This document shows, piece by piece, positions 12,201 through 26,911 of a stretch of DNA of 64,000 bases. The DNA comes from Gordius albopunctatus. Its lineage: Eukaryota. A program made the translations under genes and the position numbers. Position 1 is the stretch's first letter; the number at the start of each line of letters is the position of its first letter. The notes under the pieces were generated by a model. The model ran no database searches. It saw only the letters and a list, made by a program, of their open reading frames with translations, and had not been told where the DNA came from. The stretch spans positions 1,178,001 through 1,242,000 of the forward strand of contig OZ193910.1 in assembly GCA_964276515.1 (NCBI GenBank), given 5' to 3'.

Positions 12201-15200
12201 TTTGAGTATTTATCATTTAATATATTGAAAATTATTACTATCACTTAGTATCGTAGGTTGGGTAAAAAATGCTAACACGGATGGTATTTGGGGTTTAGTG
12301 ATGATCAAAACCTAGTTTAATAAAAGAACTATCTTCAAAAATAGGTCATTGTCGAGTTCAGGTTAAGTTTCAATGTCTTCATAAAGACATTACATTTTAA
12401 GGGTTCTGATGGGGGGGGGGAATCTGGCAAAATTTTTTCTTGTCAAAAATTTTATCAACAAAATTTGCATGTATAATATATAAATTTTTAAATGACGGCT
12501 TTAAACTCTATGATGATCTAACTAAACTTGTGTTATATCGATTTATATTGATTTATTCTAAACTTCCCCCACCCCCGCTTACTTCTATTTTTATGACCCC
12601 TTTTACTCAGAATCAGAAGTTTGATTTAAAAAACATTTATTTTGGAAATGTGCCAAATTGTTTATTCCCCCCGAACATACACGTATAGTATTATACGCTA
12701 CGATCAAATTATGTTTTACGCGTAACGAGTTGACGATGCATTTATTTCGCGAATTTTAAATAAAAGTAGACACATAAGTATTGATTTAAGTTAATCGTTA
12801 AATTTAAAAATAAAATCCTTATTTATTAACAATTCGTAGGTCGGGTGGGGTAATAATGACCCCAAGCCGTTTAAAAATGCTGTAAAATTTTTGGGGGTTG
12901 CTCTAATTATAGGTATAAAATTTAAACCAATTGATCAAATAGCCAAATTAATATATTAATTAACGTATAAGAGTTGAAATATTATTCTTGCAAATTTTGA
13001 CTAGTTTATATTCTAAAATATGGAAGTTATAGCTATTTAAAGTTTGGGGTAATTATAACCCCAAATACCATCCGTGTTAGCATTTTTTACCCAACCTACG
13101 ATACTAAGTGATAGTAATAATTTTCAATATATTAAATAATAAATACTCTAAAAAATTTTTTTAGAATCAATTAATGTATTTATTGATTGAGAAAATTTGA
13201 TAAATTAAATTGATTAAAATCCCTTTCCCCCCTTATATTTTTATTTTAAGCAACAACATTAAGTAGAAGCGCAACGCAATCGTGCATGTACATATAATAT
13301 ACATACAACGTTGGGGTGTGTTGGGGTGTATTAGGTAACAACCTAAGACACCCCAAGTATTAGGTTGTGTTGGGGAATGGGGTGGGGGTAGGTAGGGATA
13401 GTGTATAATATTAGCATTAGCATGCGCGAGAACGAGACAGGGATGGCATGGCGAATTTAATTACAAGCTAGATGGGGCTAAAACAATAACCCAATATTAT
13501 TTTTTAATTAATTTACCCCAAGATTATATTATGAAATTAAATGAATAATAATAAAAAAATCATTTTCTATTTATTATAAATTAAAATATTAAAAAAAAAT
13601 TCATTTCTTCATTAAAATATAAATATATTCATATCTAAAATATAATATACTCTTATTTCACGCCTATACTTCAAAACATTAGCCCCAGGTCAACCTAACC
13701 CCAACCCCGGGTTAAGGTTTGGGTGTATAAAAGACCTTAAGGTTTTTAAGGTCTTTTTGGGGTTCCACCCCAGTTTTGGGTTAGGGAATCTGAAAGACCT
13801 TAAAGGTCTTTTTCCAACCTTAACCCAAAACCCACCTCGGGTTTGACCTCGGGAAAACCCAACCTAGGTTTTTCGTACGTATTATTCTTAATTAGTGTGA
13901 TAAAACGGCCCGATTTGCTTTGGTCTGCCTTTCAAATTTCGACTAAACCTAGAGTTCGATCAACCTCCAACCAACCCCAGCCCCTTTATACGACACTACG
14001 TAATAGTTATGACATCAACTGGGAAGCAAATTTACTTGAGCCAATATTTTATCGGTAGCTAAGGATTCGTTGAATATCGAAGCGATTCCTATGGTGCATT
14101 TACGAACTTTGAGGTATAATAGGGCGGGCAAGATGCATGCTAATAAAGTTCCCATCAGGGATCCTATTAGCCCCAACATCACTTCGACTAGTGTTGGAAA
14201 AAAGAATGAATTTATCAAGATCAACTATCTTGACATTTGTTTCAAAAGGAATCGTTGTCGAGTGAAGATTTTGTCAGGATAAAAGTGTTCAAAATTGATC
14301 CCTTAACCGGAATTAAAAAAAAGTAGGGTAGCCCAAAGTCCCATTACTGGAATAAAATCGAGATTTGAAACAAAACACAGGGGAATTAGGTCTCGATTTT
14401 ATGGATTAAAAACAACCACATCCAAATGTTTTAGTCAACTTCGTTAAACATATTTATATATTAATTTTCAAAAAATGAGGAAAATACAATATAGGTAGTA
14501 TAGTAGTTTCTTAATGTGTCAGCGCTAATTTAATAAATATGAAAGAGGTGGCTGCTTGGAAAAATTTACATTCTACAAATAGACTTGCAGAGTCAGTTAG
14601 TGTTGTAAAAACGCCTGGGTATTGTTTGTTTGCTTTTAGTCGACTAAACATCAAAAAAGCAAAGATGAATCCCTGGTCTATCTATGTTTGGTCAACTAAG
14701 GTCGAGCAAACAAACACTACTCACTCTCACAGTGATCTTTGTATGCTTGGAAGAAACTAACTTTTAGGAACTAGGAGACCGATTAAAAAGGTGGATACCA
14801 CTATGCTCACGGTCAAGCTGATCTTGAGCTTGCTATTCAGATCGATACCGACATCCCTGGTGGATGATTGTGGAAGGTGGGAAACTTCCGGTTCTCGGGT
14901 GGTAGGTGAGGCAATAAGTTTTCGCCTTTCCCCATAATAACTATCGTCTCGCTCTCCTTCACCCTCTACATCAAGTAAGGAAGGCAAACTAGCGTTTTTC
15001 TAAAGGCCCATAGGATGAAATGATACTTAAGATAGGTTTTACTATTAAATTTTACAAAAATAAGTTAAACCCATCTCAAACGATAACAATGTAGATAAAT
15101 AAGTTTAAAATTTAATGGGGCCTAGTCGAATCGAGGCCCGAAGCAAAATCTAGTTAAAAGATTTGGTAAACCTTTTACTAATTATTCTTTGTTAATAGGC

Positions 15201-17927
15201 TATTTAGAGGAGACATAATATTTTTCTGTTGAATAAAAGGTGCGGGTGGCTATTCTCAATATAAAATTTTTTCCAAATTACATTTCAAATCAGTCGGACC
15301 AAGCTAGGGTCGGGTAAAATAAAACGTTTGGGGCTTCGGCCGAAGATATTCCATTTTGCTAGGCTCTTATTTTGTAACACGTGCAGAATTAACATACCCC
15401 TTATAAAAGTAGCCGGGGGTGGCGACTGACCCCCTCTAAATGCAAAAATGCTTACTAAAAATTTTGTATATTTATGGTAGAAAGTGCCCATCCCTAAATC
15501 ATTATTGACCCCCCCCTCCCCCTTTAAACCCGATTCTGGCTACGCCCATTATGGGCTCGTCCTAGAAGGTCGCAAAGTCAGGGCAATTTTTAGGTTGGAG
15601 CACGGTTGCAGTTCAATATCTATCTAAATGAATGTTAACTCACTTTACGATTGAGAGGCGCGTGGCAGGAGGTGGTGTAAGGGCGAAGGCTGAGCACGAG
15701 GGAAAGCAAACTATCCCTACACGGTAGGAGGGAGAGGGGAAAACTGAGGGCACTGCTCAAGGCGAAACCCATGATAACCACGTCGGTTATTATGGAAGAT
15801 TTATCCAAATTCAGCAATATGTCTCCTTGCAGCGGCCCCGAACCCTTTGGCACGTAGAATGCCACATATCCCAGCACACCCACCTATCAAAGGGGTGAAG
15901 TGAATACTAGTGGTGTAAAAAGGGGTGGGGCTTTTGTCTCCCACCCCCCCCCCCCCCCCCGAGTAGTGGTGGGGGGGAGTGGGAGATTAACGAGCGAATT
16001 TTTGAAAATTATAAAGTCAAAGAAGAATACATAACTTCTTTACATATTATGTTTCAAAGCAGGACGAAAGTAGCATGAAAATAGGTGGAGAAGAGGGCAT
16101 TCCATCCCAAATCCCCTCGTTCTTAGTCGCATGAACAGACCAAAGGTGGTGCTTTGATCAACTCTTTCGTCTGCTTATGAACACTTGTTTACGGCAAACA
16201 AATAAATAAAGGACCGTCGTCAAAGTCGTCAGAGCAACCCGCCCCCCCCCCCCGGCTAATTTAAAAAAAAACTTAGCCAGCCTCTTCTACGATAGCTTTT
16301 GACTAAGACCATGTTAAATATTGACTTCATACTGAAAAAAACGAAGCCAATTTACCTAATCATCACAAAGGTATCTTGGTGATAGGGAAATTGGAGATTA
16401 TATAATGTAAATAGATTCGCTTGATGTTGGGGACCACAATGACTATCATAAATAAGCGATTTGAATTGAGAAAACCTCTAAATTAGGTTAAATCTATCCA
16501 AAATTTAATTTGATATATGAACAAATTATAATTACCAACGGCCTTTAAAATATACAATTTGAAAAACCAAACGATTTTTATATTACCTTGAGTGTAACCC
16601 AGTAGCGACTATATCAAGGCCATTATTTCTTATATAAAGTAAAAGTTTTATAATTTAATTTAGGGTTAGATGTAATTTGTATGTTTTTTTTAAAATTTTT
16701 AAAAGTCAAAAATTAATATCATCTTACAAATATGTAGATGGAGGTACAAGAGTCAATAGCGTGTCCATAAATTTTTGCCATTCGTTTGTGATTGGGTTCC
16801 GATAGGGCAGTATATATTAAAAATATTTGCCTAGAATGGAAAAATATTGGAGAATGTTCAAATTAAATTTATGAAATTTTGTATAATAATAAAATAAATA
16901 TATTTAAATGCATTTTTTAGGCTTCAAAACAATTATATAATAAATTTTTTATTTGCTTCAGCATAATTTGAACCAATTTATGGGAACTTTCTTATGCTTT
17001 TAAATAATATTTACGTTTGGCATGTCAGGGATAGTGCAATGATTGGAAGTGAGTAAAATAATCCTTCAAGTCTCCAGTATGCTATATTATGCACCCAAAT
17101 CATGTCCACAATGGTGGGCAAGGCTTCAAAAAATATCTAACATAAGGAGGATAACAAATTAAGGTCATAAGATAAAGTTATACAAAATAAATTATTTGCC
17201 AATCTTCCAAATTTTAGTTAAATTTTATATACGACTGTTATAAACATATATTTTAAATAACAACACAATTTATTACCTTAAAGCAAAACAATGCATAAAA
17301 GACAGCACAAATATTTGAGACACGATTCAAATGATCAATTTTGTCAGCCAAACTTAATGGCAAAATAACCAGAATGGCAAATGCAGCCATTATCCAGCCT
17401 CGCAAAGACATATCATTCTATAATAAACGTTTTTTTATTATAAAGTAAGTTGGTACCTTAATATCCAACCATTTAGAGATGATGTCCGGCACAAGATCCC
17501 CAATAACAATAAAGTATGCAGCACAAATGCCTAGTAAAAACCCTACAATGCTATAAAAAATCAATTTTTTTTAGAAATTGAATAATTAACCTTAATTCAG
17601 TTAGTAATTTTCCAAAATTTCCAAGGCATAAATATGCTATAATTTTTAAAATAAACGCTGCATAACATACCCAAATTTTCATAAGAATTTTGCTTAGCCA
17701 ATATTGCCGACCTTACTAGTAAATAGCATGAAGTCTTATTGATCCAAGATGCAAGTAAAAACATTAGAATTCCCAATATAATTCCTGTCTAATAATAAAT
17801 TTGATCATATCTACTAAATTCGAACCTTCTGAAACGCATAAGGGAGTGCCAAAATGCTCACACCTATTATGCTATTGCCTAAAATAACAGTTTGAGAGAT
17901 ATCATTGCCTTGGGAATCAGCAAGCAT
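9216..17927 (-). CDS. SLC38A10: Putative sodium-coupled neutral amino acid transporter 10, about 12 exons
   Basis: Start 17927 MLADSQGNDISQTVILGNSIIGVSILALPYAFQK-TGIILG...SYENLAYLCLGNFGKLLTELSIVGFLLGICAAYFIVIGDL...LSLTCQTQIFLIY...VGVLGYVAFY...FPLSLLPCRD...IEVMLGLIGSLMGTLLACILPALLYLK...DKILAQ (to 14036) ALFIIGILVMIVG (10414-10222), terminal exon 9529-9216. The splice phases are consistent. The two 3' exons are less certain. Confidence 0.88.
11473..13880. repeat. Foldback / long inverted repeat (about 800-bp near-identical arms, about 740-bp spacer) inside an SLC38A10 intron
   Basis: 11523-12294 is the reverse complement of about 13057-13829. The outer ends acgtacg...aaaacctaggtt and aacctaggtttttcgtacgt are also inverted. 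Confidence 0.92.
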
Positions 17928-20900
17928 TTAAAACCAGCTGATAATTACATTAAGCGTCGATTAATGTTGTCAAATAACAAATATGATCATGAAATGCATG
18001 AAGATACATATTAAAATCAATAATAAATAAGTATGTATTTTAAAACTAAACTATATAATTTGAAGATATGGTATAATTTATGCACATTTTTATAACGTTG
18101 ATGTAATAATATAATTAATAAAGTAGATCATAATGGCAGATTTTTTATGATATAGATGAAGTATGTTAACCAATTAAGTTACAGATTTATGTACGATTCC
18201 ATAATACAATATAATAGACATAATATAATAGAAATTTGAATTATATTATATTGTATTATATTTAATTTTATTGTATTATATAATCGCCTACATACCAGAA
18301 TCTCAAAAGACGAGTTTAAAGATAAAATAGTTTGTAATGGCAAATCTTTCACGACATAATTAATATTGATACATCTTGTCTTCGCAAAATCTCTTTTTAA
18401 ATTTTATTACAACCATTTGTTAATTCTTGTACGTTGCCCTCTACAATCCTCACCTCAGGTATTGGTAATTTTATATTTGAACATTTTTTATAATATGTGC
18501 AGATGGTGCCTCTGCCTCAACTACTGCTCCTCAGTCACTCCAAACTTGTATTTTACCTTCTACAATCTTCACCTCTAGAATTTGTAAGTTTTTACTTAAC
18601 ATTTTTTATAAAAGTAACATTTTTATCTTTATATATTTACATTTTTTATAATAAATGTAGATGGTACCTCAACTACTGCTCCTCAGTCACTAACTTAAAA
18701 TAATTATTCAACTTTATATAAATTTTATTTATATGTTATATGGCAAATTATGAGCTTGAAGGCACATATAAATGGATACATTATCAAGATATTCTAAATA
18801 GTTAATCTCCCAATTAAGCTGAGAGGGAATTTTATTCAATCATAGTATTAGAAGCTTCAATGCAAATATTTTGGATATAAAATTAAATAAAAATAAAAAG
18901 TTTATGTTGTACCTGCTAAAATAAGTCAATCAATAAATCCAGATACAACAATCAGAATACATGACTGGGCCTTCTATGAGGATTTTAAAAAACAATATTT
19001 TAAGGCCTTGTTCATAACCTTCTTTGAAGATAGCCATATGTGGCAAAAGGGTCAAGTGTTTAATTGATATATGCCTTTAGTAAAAAGTGATGTAATAGCA
19101 TAAGCCTGTTTATTGTCAGATTTAAGTGGTATACAGCAAAATTAGAAGGTTGTTATGCAATATAAATTTAAATAATGTGGGATCAGGGAGTTCATAAATG
19201 AGCACAGCACAGTAAAATTATATATTGCATGGATAAAAGGTCATATGAATAATTAAAAATGTATATTCCTCAAATTTTGATATCTGTTTAAAAAAAAAAG
19301 ATTGAACCTTTTATCCAGGGAGATCATATGAATAATAAAATTGTATATTTCTAGAATTTTAATATCTGTTTAAAAAAGACAAAAACTTATATCCAGGGGG
19401 ATCAGAGTTTATTTGTGAGAATATATAACTGGATATCGACTGAGTAGCAGTTTTTTTTCTTCTAAGGTTGGTGTAAAAGAGTGTACAAATTAAATATGCT
19501 TCTATATTAATTTAGTCTTGTTTGTATTGATTCTAAATTATGCAGAGCTTTGTATTGGTTATATAGGTAAGCTGGTTATATAAGTTTGATATTAATGGAG
19601 AAATGCATTGAGGTGAATATCTTTACGTTTAAAGAGTGGTATGTTTTAATGTGGAATTAGTGGATAGATATTAAGAGATTAATTGATTGTGAAGTTGTAT
19701 TTGTCTTTGATATAGGCTTGATTGATTGTAAAAGAGTTGGATTGTAGGTTTGAACGATAATATTACCAGAGATATAAAAAAATAATCATTAAAAAATTTA
19801 AGTTTAATTAATTTAAACTATACTAGATAAAATTTGAAAAAAAATCACTAATTTATACAAAAAACGACCATTTTATAAAAAAGTGCGAAATATGGTGTAT
19901 GAGTTGCAAAATAAGATGTAAGGTTGGGGAAGGAGTGTGTTACATGCGAAGGGGAGAGAAGGAATGAGCGATACATGTTAGACGCTATGATTGATTACCC
20001 CTTTTCTCTCCTACTAGTGTGCGGGAGATCCAAACGAAGTGCAAAAGTTGAGGTAAACGCTGTATATACAAAATGCAAAATTAATTTAAAACATAGTCTT
20101 TATTCTATAATATTATAAGTACACATAGATATAAGATAATCAATATAATAAAATTAACTGTATAATGAGCTATTACTTAAAAATAATAGCATATGGCTTA
20201 TCATAAAATGTAAATAAATAAAGATAAAAATGTTGCTTTTATGATTAATTGTAAACGTGTTATTCCTATATGTGCCTCTTCCACCCATAAACATCATTTT
20301 TTTACACAGGTTTATTTACTTGTGATAAACTAGAGTTTAGGTTTGAAATACCTCACTTCATAAATTTAAAATAAAGGTAAAGCATAGCGCGTCCTGATTG
20401 GTCGAGAAAAAAATGTCAGGATCCTGATGTTTACCTGATATTTTGTTATTTGACCATTTGTTCTGTGACTTGATACCGATTTATGAGCTTTAAATGTATT
20501 GTGTGGAAGAGTCTCACAGGTAGCATCTATAGGCTATCTATGTTGGTATGTAGTCCATTTATTTTCCCTCAATTTTAGGTTTTTATTGACCTAAATATAT
20601 TCCAATGAATATAATTTTTAAGCATGGTGGTTTTACAACTAATAAAAAAGTGGAAAAAAAGATTTTATATATTTTGGACCGCATGTGAGTGTGACCATTA
20701 TCAAGGGAAATGAGATGTTTTAAAATAAAGCATAATGAGGGAAAAATGGTAAGTAAAACGACTTTTAGATATAGGTGATTTTGAGTGAATATTAGGTAAA
20801 GATCGCGAGTGAAATAGTTGGTATAAACTGGTTATGAATCTGTTAAGCATTCCAACAGTCAACATCCCTTTCTAAATATGGCTACTTTTTATTGTTTATT

Positions 20901-21060
20901 GCTTCGTGATATCATCTTAATTTTTTGGCCTCTCCAGATGAACTTACCCAATATGTTTAATCAAAGTGTTTTTTAAGGCCTCTACCATATATATTAGAAT
21001 ATTGATACTTATTAACTCTAAATATTGCTCTCATTGCTATAAACTCGACTGTTTAATTAA

Positions 21061-24000
21061 GGATGTTATTTAAGTGCACAGTAAGAAATTAAAAAATGCG
21101 CAGTAAAATATGCACAGTAATATATTTAAGTGCGCAGTAAATTATTAAAAATTGCACAGTTAATTAATAATAAATTGCTCAGTAATTTAGTAAAATTGCT
21201 CAGTAATTTAGTAAAATTGCTCAGTAATTATATAGCCTTGCCTATTAATTTTATAATATTTCTCAGTAATTTTGTAGCAATGAGCATTGCTCAGTAATTT
21301 AATAAAATAGCTCAGTACCTCAATAATTTAATAAAATTGTTTAATACTTTGAATTGATAAGTAATTTTTGAGGATTGCTCAGTAATCAGAACACAACTTA
21401 GTTTTCAATAGAATTGATTGGTTGAGAAAATATATTATTTAAAAAAATCCCTAATAATCTTTACAAATTGTTCAATAATATTTAGATGCTAAATTAAAAA
21501 AATACTCCGTTTATAATTCAATAACTAATAATTAAATTATCATTGATTTTATGTTTTTATATAAAAAATTTTGTTTATAATATTGAGCACTTATTTATTT
21601 TAGCTAAAATAAATAGTTTGGAGGTTTGATAATATACATTGCCCTTCCTCTTAATGTTACTATGCATATGTCATAAATTTAAATCTAATCAATTTTTGAA
21701 ATTTTTATTAGAATATAAACATAAATAATTTCAAATACAAATGCATAATGAACATATTTTGCTGACAATATAAACATAATTAATTTTAAATAAATATACA
21801 TAGTGAACACTTTTTGCTGGAGCAACCTTTAATTCAAGCCTAAAATTTGTTATAGTCAAGCACATAATTTAAACTTACCATTATTGAATAATGAAGCTGA
21901 TTTGGCTTTTGAGGGTCTGCCCCTTTTTCTTTTTTGCCCTAAAGGCATACACTTAACTTCTTTAGGTGGTATGCAAAGTTTTAATTTAATTGCCAAACCT
22001 ACTATATGTTTGCAAATGTAGTGTTTGAAAAACACTGGACAATTACATTTACTCTCAAACCATTTTGTGGAATCATCGGGTAATTGACAGAGCCATAGCT
22101 TAAAATTCCGCGTCTTGAATTCATCAAATGTTTTGAAGTCTAGATTTTTGACATTGCTAATATATTTTTCATTTATAATCCCGGTAGCTGATGGCACACA
22201 ATATTCGGTAAAATCAAGTTGTTTTTTGATAGGCAGTGGCCATTAAAATTAGCAAATTGGTAGCTCTGAGTCCATAGCTTTAAATTAATAGTTGGTAATT
22301 TAATGATTTTTTTGAATGTTTATACTCGCATGACCATGTTTGGATCCTGTCAATTGCTACCACTTTGAACCTATTGATTCGAATCCGTTCCCTCAACGTA
22401 AATTCATCTTTTATTAAACGATTAGTTGATTCCAGGGCATTATTAGTACTAAGAGTATAATGCCTATATCCTTCATACCATGTATCATTTCTATAAACCC
22501 ATTCTTTATAAAAATATTCGCAAAACTTTGAGGCTTTAGATGACCATTTTTCCAAGAATAAATTGAAGGCTTTTTCAAAGACCTTAGTGCTTTGAGACAA
22601 TTGTAATGTATTTATATCATCTAAAATTTCTTTCTGGTATAATTTATCAGCTAGTATAATCTAATCATAAAATAGTTAACAATAATATATTTACCTTTTT
22701 TTCTATATTTCGGACGTGAGCCCAACAAATGACAATTGTGTCTTTTCCAAAGCCAGATTTAAATGCATTATGTATGGAAATTGCCCCATCTGTAATTAAT
22801 ACATCCCACTTGGGAGTTGTATTATTAATAGATTTAACTCCATTGTTTAAAGTGTTAAATAAAAAAATATAATCTTCTTCTTTTTCATTAACACATAAAG
22901 ACATTCCCAAAATATGGAAATGCCTATCATAGTCAGTTGTTCCAATTATTAATAATGGATAACCCTGCCAGGTTATTTTGTATGTTGCATCGGCATGCAA
23001 TATATCTGAAAACTGACTGTTTAATAAAAGCCTAAAACTAACAGATTATAAATAACTAAATACCTTTTTGTTGACATGAAAAATTTGAAATTGGAATCTT
23101 CGTATGACACCATGTAAGATACAATATAGAATTCATCATCATCAAAGGGTATTTGGGAATGAGCAATCAGCCACTGCTCCAACTCTCCTAAACTAATTGT
23201 TGACACACCATATTTATTTATTCTCAATGCAGTTAATGTATTTCTTAGCTGAGCCAATGAAATATTATAATTTATTTTGTTGAGATTATGCATAATAGAT
23301 TTAGGCTTGAGGCCTAAATCAAACAGTTTTTTTTATCTCATCTTTAATTTCATTATTTATTTTAAGCTTGTCAGTGTTTTCGGTGTGAGTATGAGATGAA
23401 GTTGATGTGCATAGAATAACTTTTTCTGATATAAATTCATATAATATATATATTCGAGCTGCACATTGTGGCCCTCTACACTTAACTTTGTTGCACCTTA
23501 AAAATGATTATATAAGTCATAATATTATACCTGTAATACACTTTTGTACCCTCTTCACTGTTTTTTATACCATAGCCCATAGCCATCCTCGACATATTTC
23601 TTTGCTTCTTCAGCCTTTTCATAAGTGGCAACCTTTTGCTAAATGATATTCGTACGTCTACGTTTGATTTGATTTGGTAATTTGTCCTTAACAACTTCTT
23701 CACTACTATCAGTCTCATAAGGATCAAGAGTCTGATATCCTGAGAACCTAGGTTCCATGTTCATCAAGTTAAATTTGAAAGTAGCGCCAAAGGGAAGTAT
23801 AGTTTTAGGAAAAAGCTTTTTGCTATTAATATATTAACAAAAAAAATAACCATTTTCTTGTAGCTCTATAAGTCCACGCTCTACGGTGTAAGCTCCTCCA
23901 ACTTAGTTTACGAGTTCGAGACTCGCTTATACCTATATTTTATTTTGAAAATAATTTTAAATAACTCTGCAAAAATCATATTTAATGAACAGCATCGTAA

Positions 24001-24189
24001 TAAATAACTGAACAAATGAATTTAATACTGTACAAAAAATTATTTTACTGAATATTATTTTTTACTGAGCATTTAATTATTTTACTGTGCATTTGATTAT
24101 TTTACTGCGCATTTGATTATTTTACTGTGCATTTGAATTTTCTACTGCGCGAAAATTTAATTTTTCACTAGGCACATTAATTTGTTCAC
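21061..24189 (-). mobile_element. Mutator-like (MULE) DNA transposon with a disrupted transposase and SWIM zinc finger
   Basis: Fragments HADATYKITWQGYPLLIIGTTD, CWAHV, TNNALES, CNCPVFFKHYICKH (21856-23727). 9-bp TSD tttaattaa at 21052-21060 and 24190-24198. Inverted subterminal tgc(a/g/t)cagtaa repeats. Confidence 0.9.
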
Positions 24190-26095
24190 TTTAATTAATA
24201 TATTAAGACTACCTTCTTATAGCTCTTTTAAATCAGTTTTTCAAGTAATTTCGGTATCTTTTCATTTAGACCCCCCTCCCGCCATATATTCGTATTGAAT
24301 CTCTATGCCATTTACAATATATTTAAATATTAGATATTTTAAGATCTCTATAGTTTTAAGGTCCCATTTAAATATTTTAAATAATGCACGTTGCATAACT
24401 CCTATGTCTTGTTCTATTGTGCTCAGTTTTCTTTTTATTTATTCTAACACAACTCTTAATATTCTTATTTAAAATATATTTGCAGTATTAGTCAATTCAA
24501 GCTCATCTGTGGCACAAAGTATTCAAATATCTTAAGAATTTTCTAGGTTTATAATTAAACCTTTTGACCTTCTACCGCAAATGTTCTGTTTAGTTTTATC
24601 AACGGTCTCGACCCATTAATTTAGACGGGAGGGGAGGTTTTAAACATTTCTGGCAAGGCTCATATGTTAACTTTTACGTGATATCCAAACATTTTTCTAG
24701 GAAAATCAAAGCACAGCTTATCATGATCAATCATACACTTATTAAATTCTTTATTCTCTCCTAAATTTTTTTATTAATCATCAGAAGCTTACTTTGCTAT
24801 TGTCTCGGCATTAATCTAAATTTATTGTCTCGTATTTTAAACTCACCTAAACCTTTTTAAATCACATTTCCCAACTATAATAAGATAATGATGCATTAAA
24901 ATATAGATAGTGTTCAAACATAAGTGTAAATTCTTACCTCGATTACGACATTAGTTTTCACATCTAAGACCGGAAGCAAAAAATACCAATAATTAACTCA
25001 AATTTTGATAATTTTATTCAACTCAATTGACTAGGTAAGTGTTTTAGCTACATGAGCATTTTTTCAAATAAGTAATTTCGTGCTTACATCAAAATCAGTA
25101 GTGTTTCGATCTCGTCTCGGTTTCAAAAACAAAATCTCGTCTTGGCAGCGATTATGAAAATCTCGATCTCGTCTCGTCTCGGTCTAGAGAAATCTCGATC
25201 TCGTCTCGACTTTTAAAAAAAAATATATACGGAATAAAAAAATTTCTCCTGTTTTATTAAAAATATTAAATAAGTTTTAAAAAATTAAGATGGCAAATAC
25301 ACAAACTTTTTAAAGATTTAGCGGGACACGACATCTCATTGTCAATATAAAGACATGAATTCATTCAAAAAAATAAAATTTTCTATGGAAAGTGCAGACT
25401 AAAAAACTATAAATAAATTTGAAGTATAGAAAATTAAATTTTATTGTTATAGCAAATTATAACGTTTGTATCAAATCACTCTTTTTTCAACTATATAGAC
25501 TTATAAAATAATAATTTCGGTTATAGTTGACTTAGTTGCGCAATTTAGCAAATTGAGACCCTTTATTAACCCTGGCTAAACCTTCAAAGTAGACCTTAAC
25601 ATATTTAAGGCAAACATTTAAGTCAATTAGTACCATCATTAATTATAGCCCATAGTGTTTATTGCATGTTTACTATAGCGTCATAAACCACAATGTGCGA
25701 GTGACTTTTAATGGATAATATTATTATTTACAGAATTGATAACTAGATGCACATATAAAAACGGGTAGAAACAACAATAAAAGCAGCATTATTATAGGAT
25801 TAGGAATATGAGGTTTTAAACTCTAAATTGCACGTATTTAAATTTATGACAAAAATGATTAAAATCAAATTTATATTCCAAATAATTATCTTCCAATTCT
25901 AACTAAATTTGACATTAAATAGTTAATTATCGAATATAGTTAAAGCATAAAACTTCTAGAAAACTCGTGCTTTATATATAATCTTTTGTGGTGTCATTAA
26001 ATAATCTATTGTACTTTTGAAATCGTTAAGCGGATGCTAAAAAATCTCGAGCCACCTTAGCTTAACTAGTTCTCATTCTAAGCCTATAATTTTGT

Positions 26096-26911
26096 CTTCT
26101 TCTTCTTCTTTATCAGTTATTTGGTCCCACATTGGTGGGGTTTGTTTTGATGAGTCTCTTCCATCTTGACCGGGTTAGTGCCATGTCTTGACTAATTTCT
26201 TTAGTTTCCATAACTTTATCGACTTGCCTTTTCCACGTGACACGGGGTCGTCCTCTTCCTCTCTTCCCCGGTATTTTCATGTCTAGCACTTTTCGATTTA
26301 CGTCATCCGGGTCCCTTCTTAGTATATGCCCATACCACCTTAGCCGATTTTCGTTAATCATGTCCGCCATAGGTTGAATACCCATTTTTGTCATGAGAAA
26401 GTCATTCGTCATATGGTCGAGCTTAGTATACCCCGAGCTCCACCGTATAATTCTCATCTCCGTGGCTTGTAATAGCTTTCCTTCCGTGGTGTTTAATGCC
26501 CATGTTTCACTTCCATAGAGTAACACCGGTCTTACGATGGATTTGTAAGCTTTGCTCTTCAACCATATTGGCATTTTCTTGTCGCACATTACACCAGATA
26601 TACTTCGCCATTTAAGCCATCCTTTTTGAATCCGGGCATTGATTTCAGTTGCGCAACCTCCCTCTTGATGTAGCATAGAGCCGAGGTAAGTAAACCTGTT
26701 TACTTTTGGGTACTTTAGGTGGTCATCCAGCGATGGGGTGCTTGTACCATTCATTTCCATGTATACCGTTTTTCGATCGTTGACCTTTAAACCATATCCA
26801 GCTAAGCGCTTTGACCACTTTTCTGCTTCTTCGAATACCTTCTCCCTTGTTTCCTCGCATAGTACTATATCATCGGCATATAGCATACACCATGGCGATG
26901 GCTTTCCCCTC
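26096..26911 (-). mobile_element. RTE-clade LINE, 3' part of the reverse transcriptase with (GAA)n tail
   Basis: ORF 26113-26916 has YADDIVL, YLGS, RPVLLYGSETW, RLRWYGH and GKRGRGRP. Tail cttcttcttctt. 17-bp TSD taagcctataattttgt at 26079-26095 and 31031-31047. Confidence 0.92.

Noticed and set aside
18780..19260. Merlin/ISXO2-like transposase remnant (NPDTTIRIHDWAFYE)
   Set aside because: Only one weak motif, with no TIR or TSD found.
23860..23935. tRNA-like segment (gtagctc...gagttcgagactc) inside the MULE
   Set aside because: No complete cloverleaf, so it is not callable as a tRNA gene.
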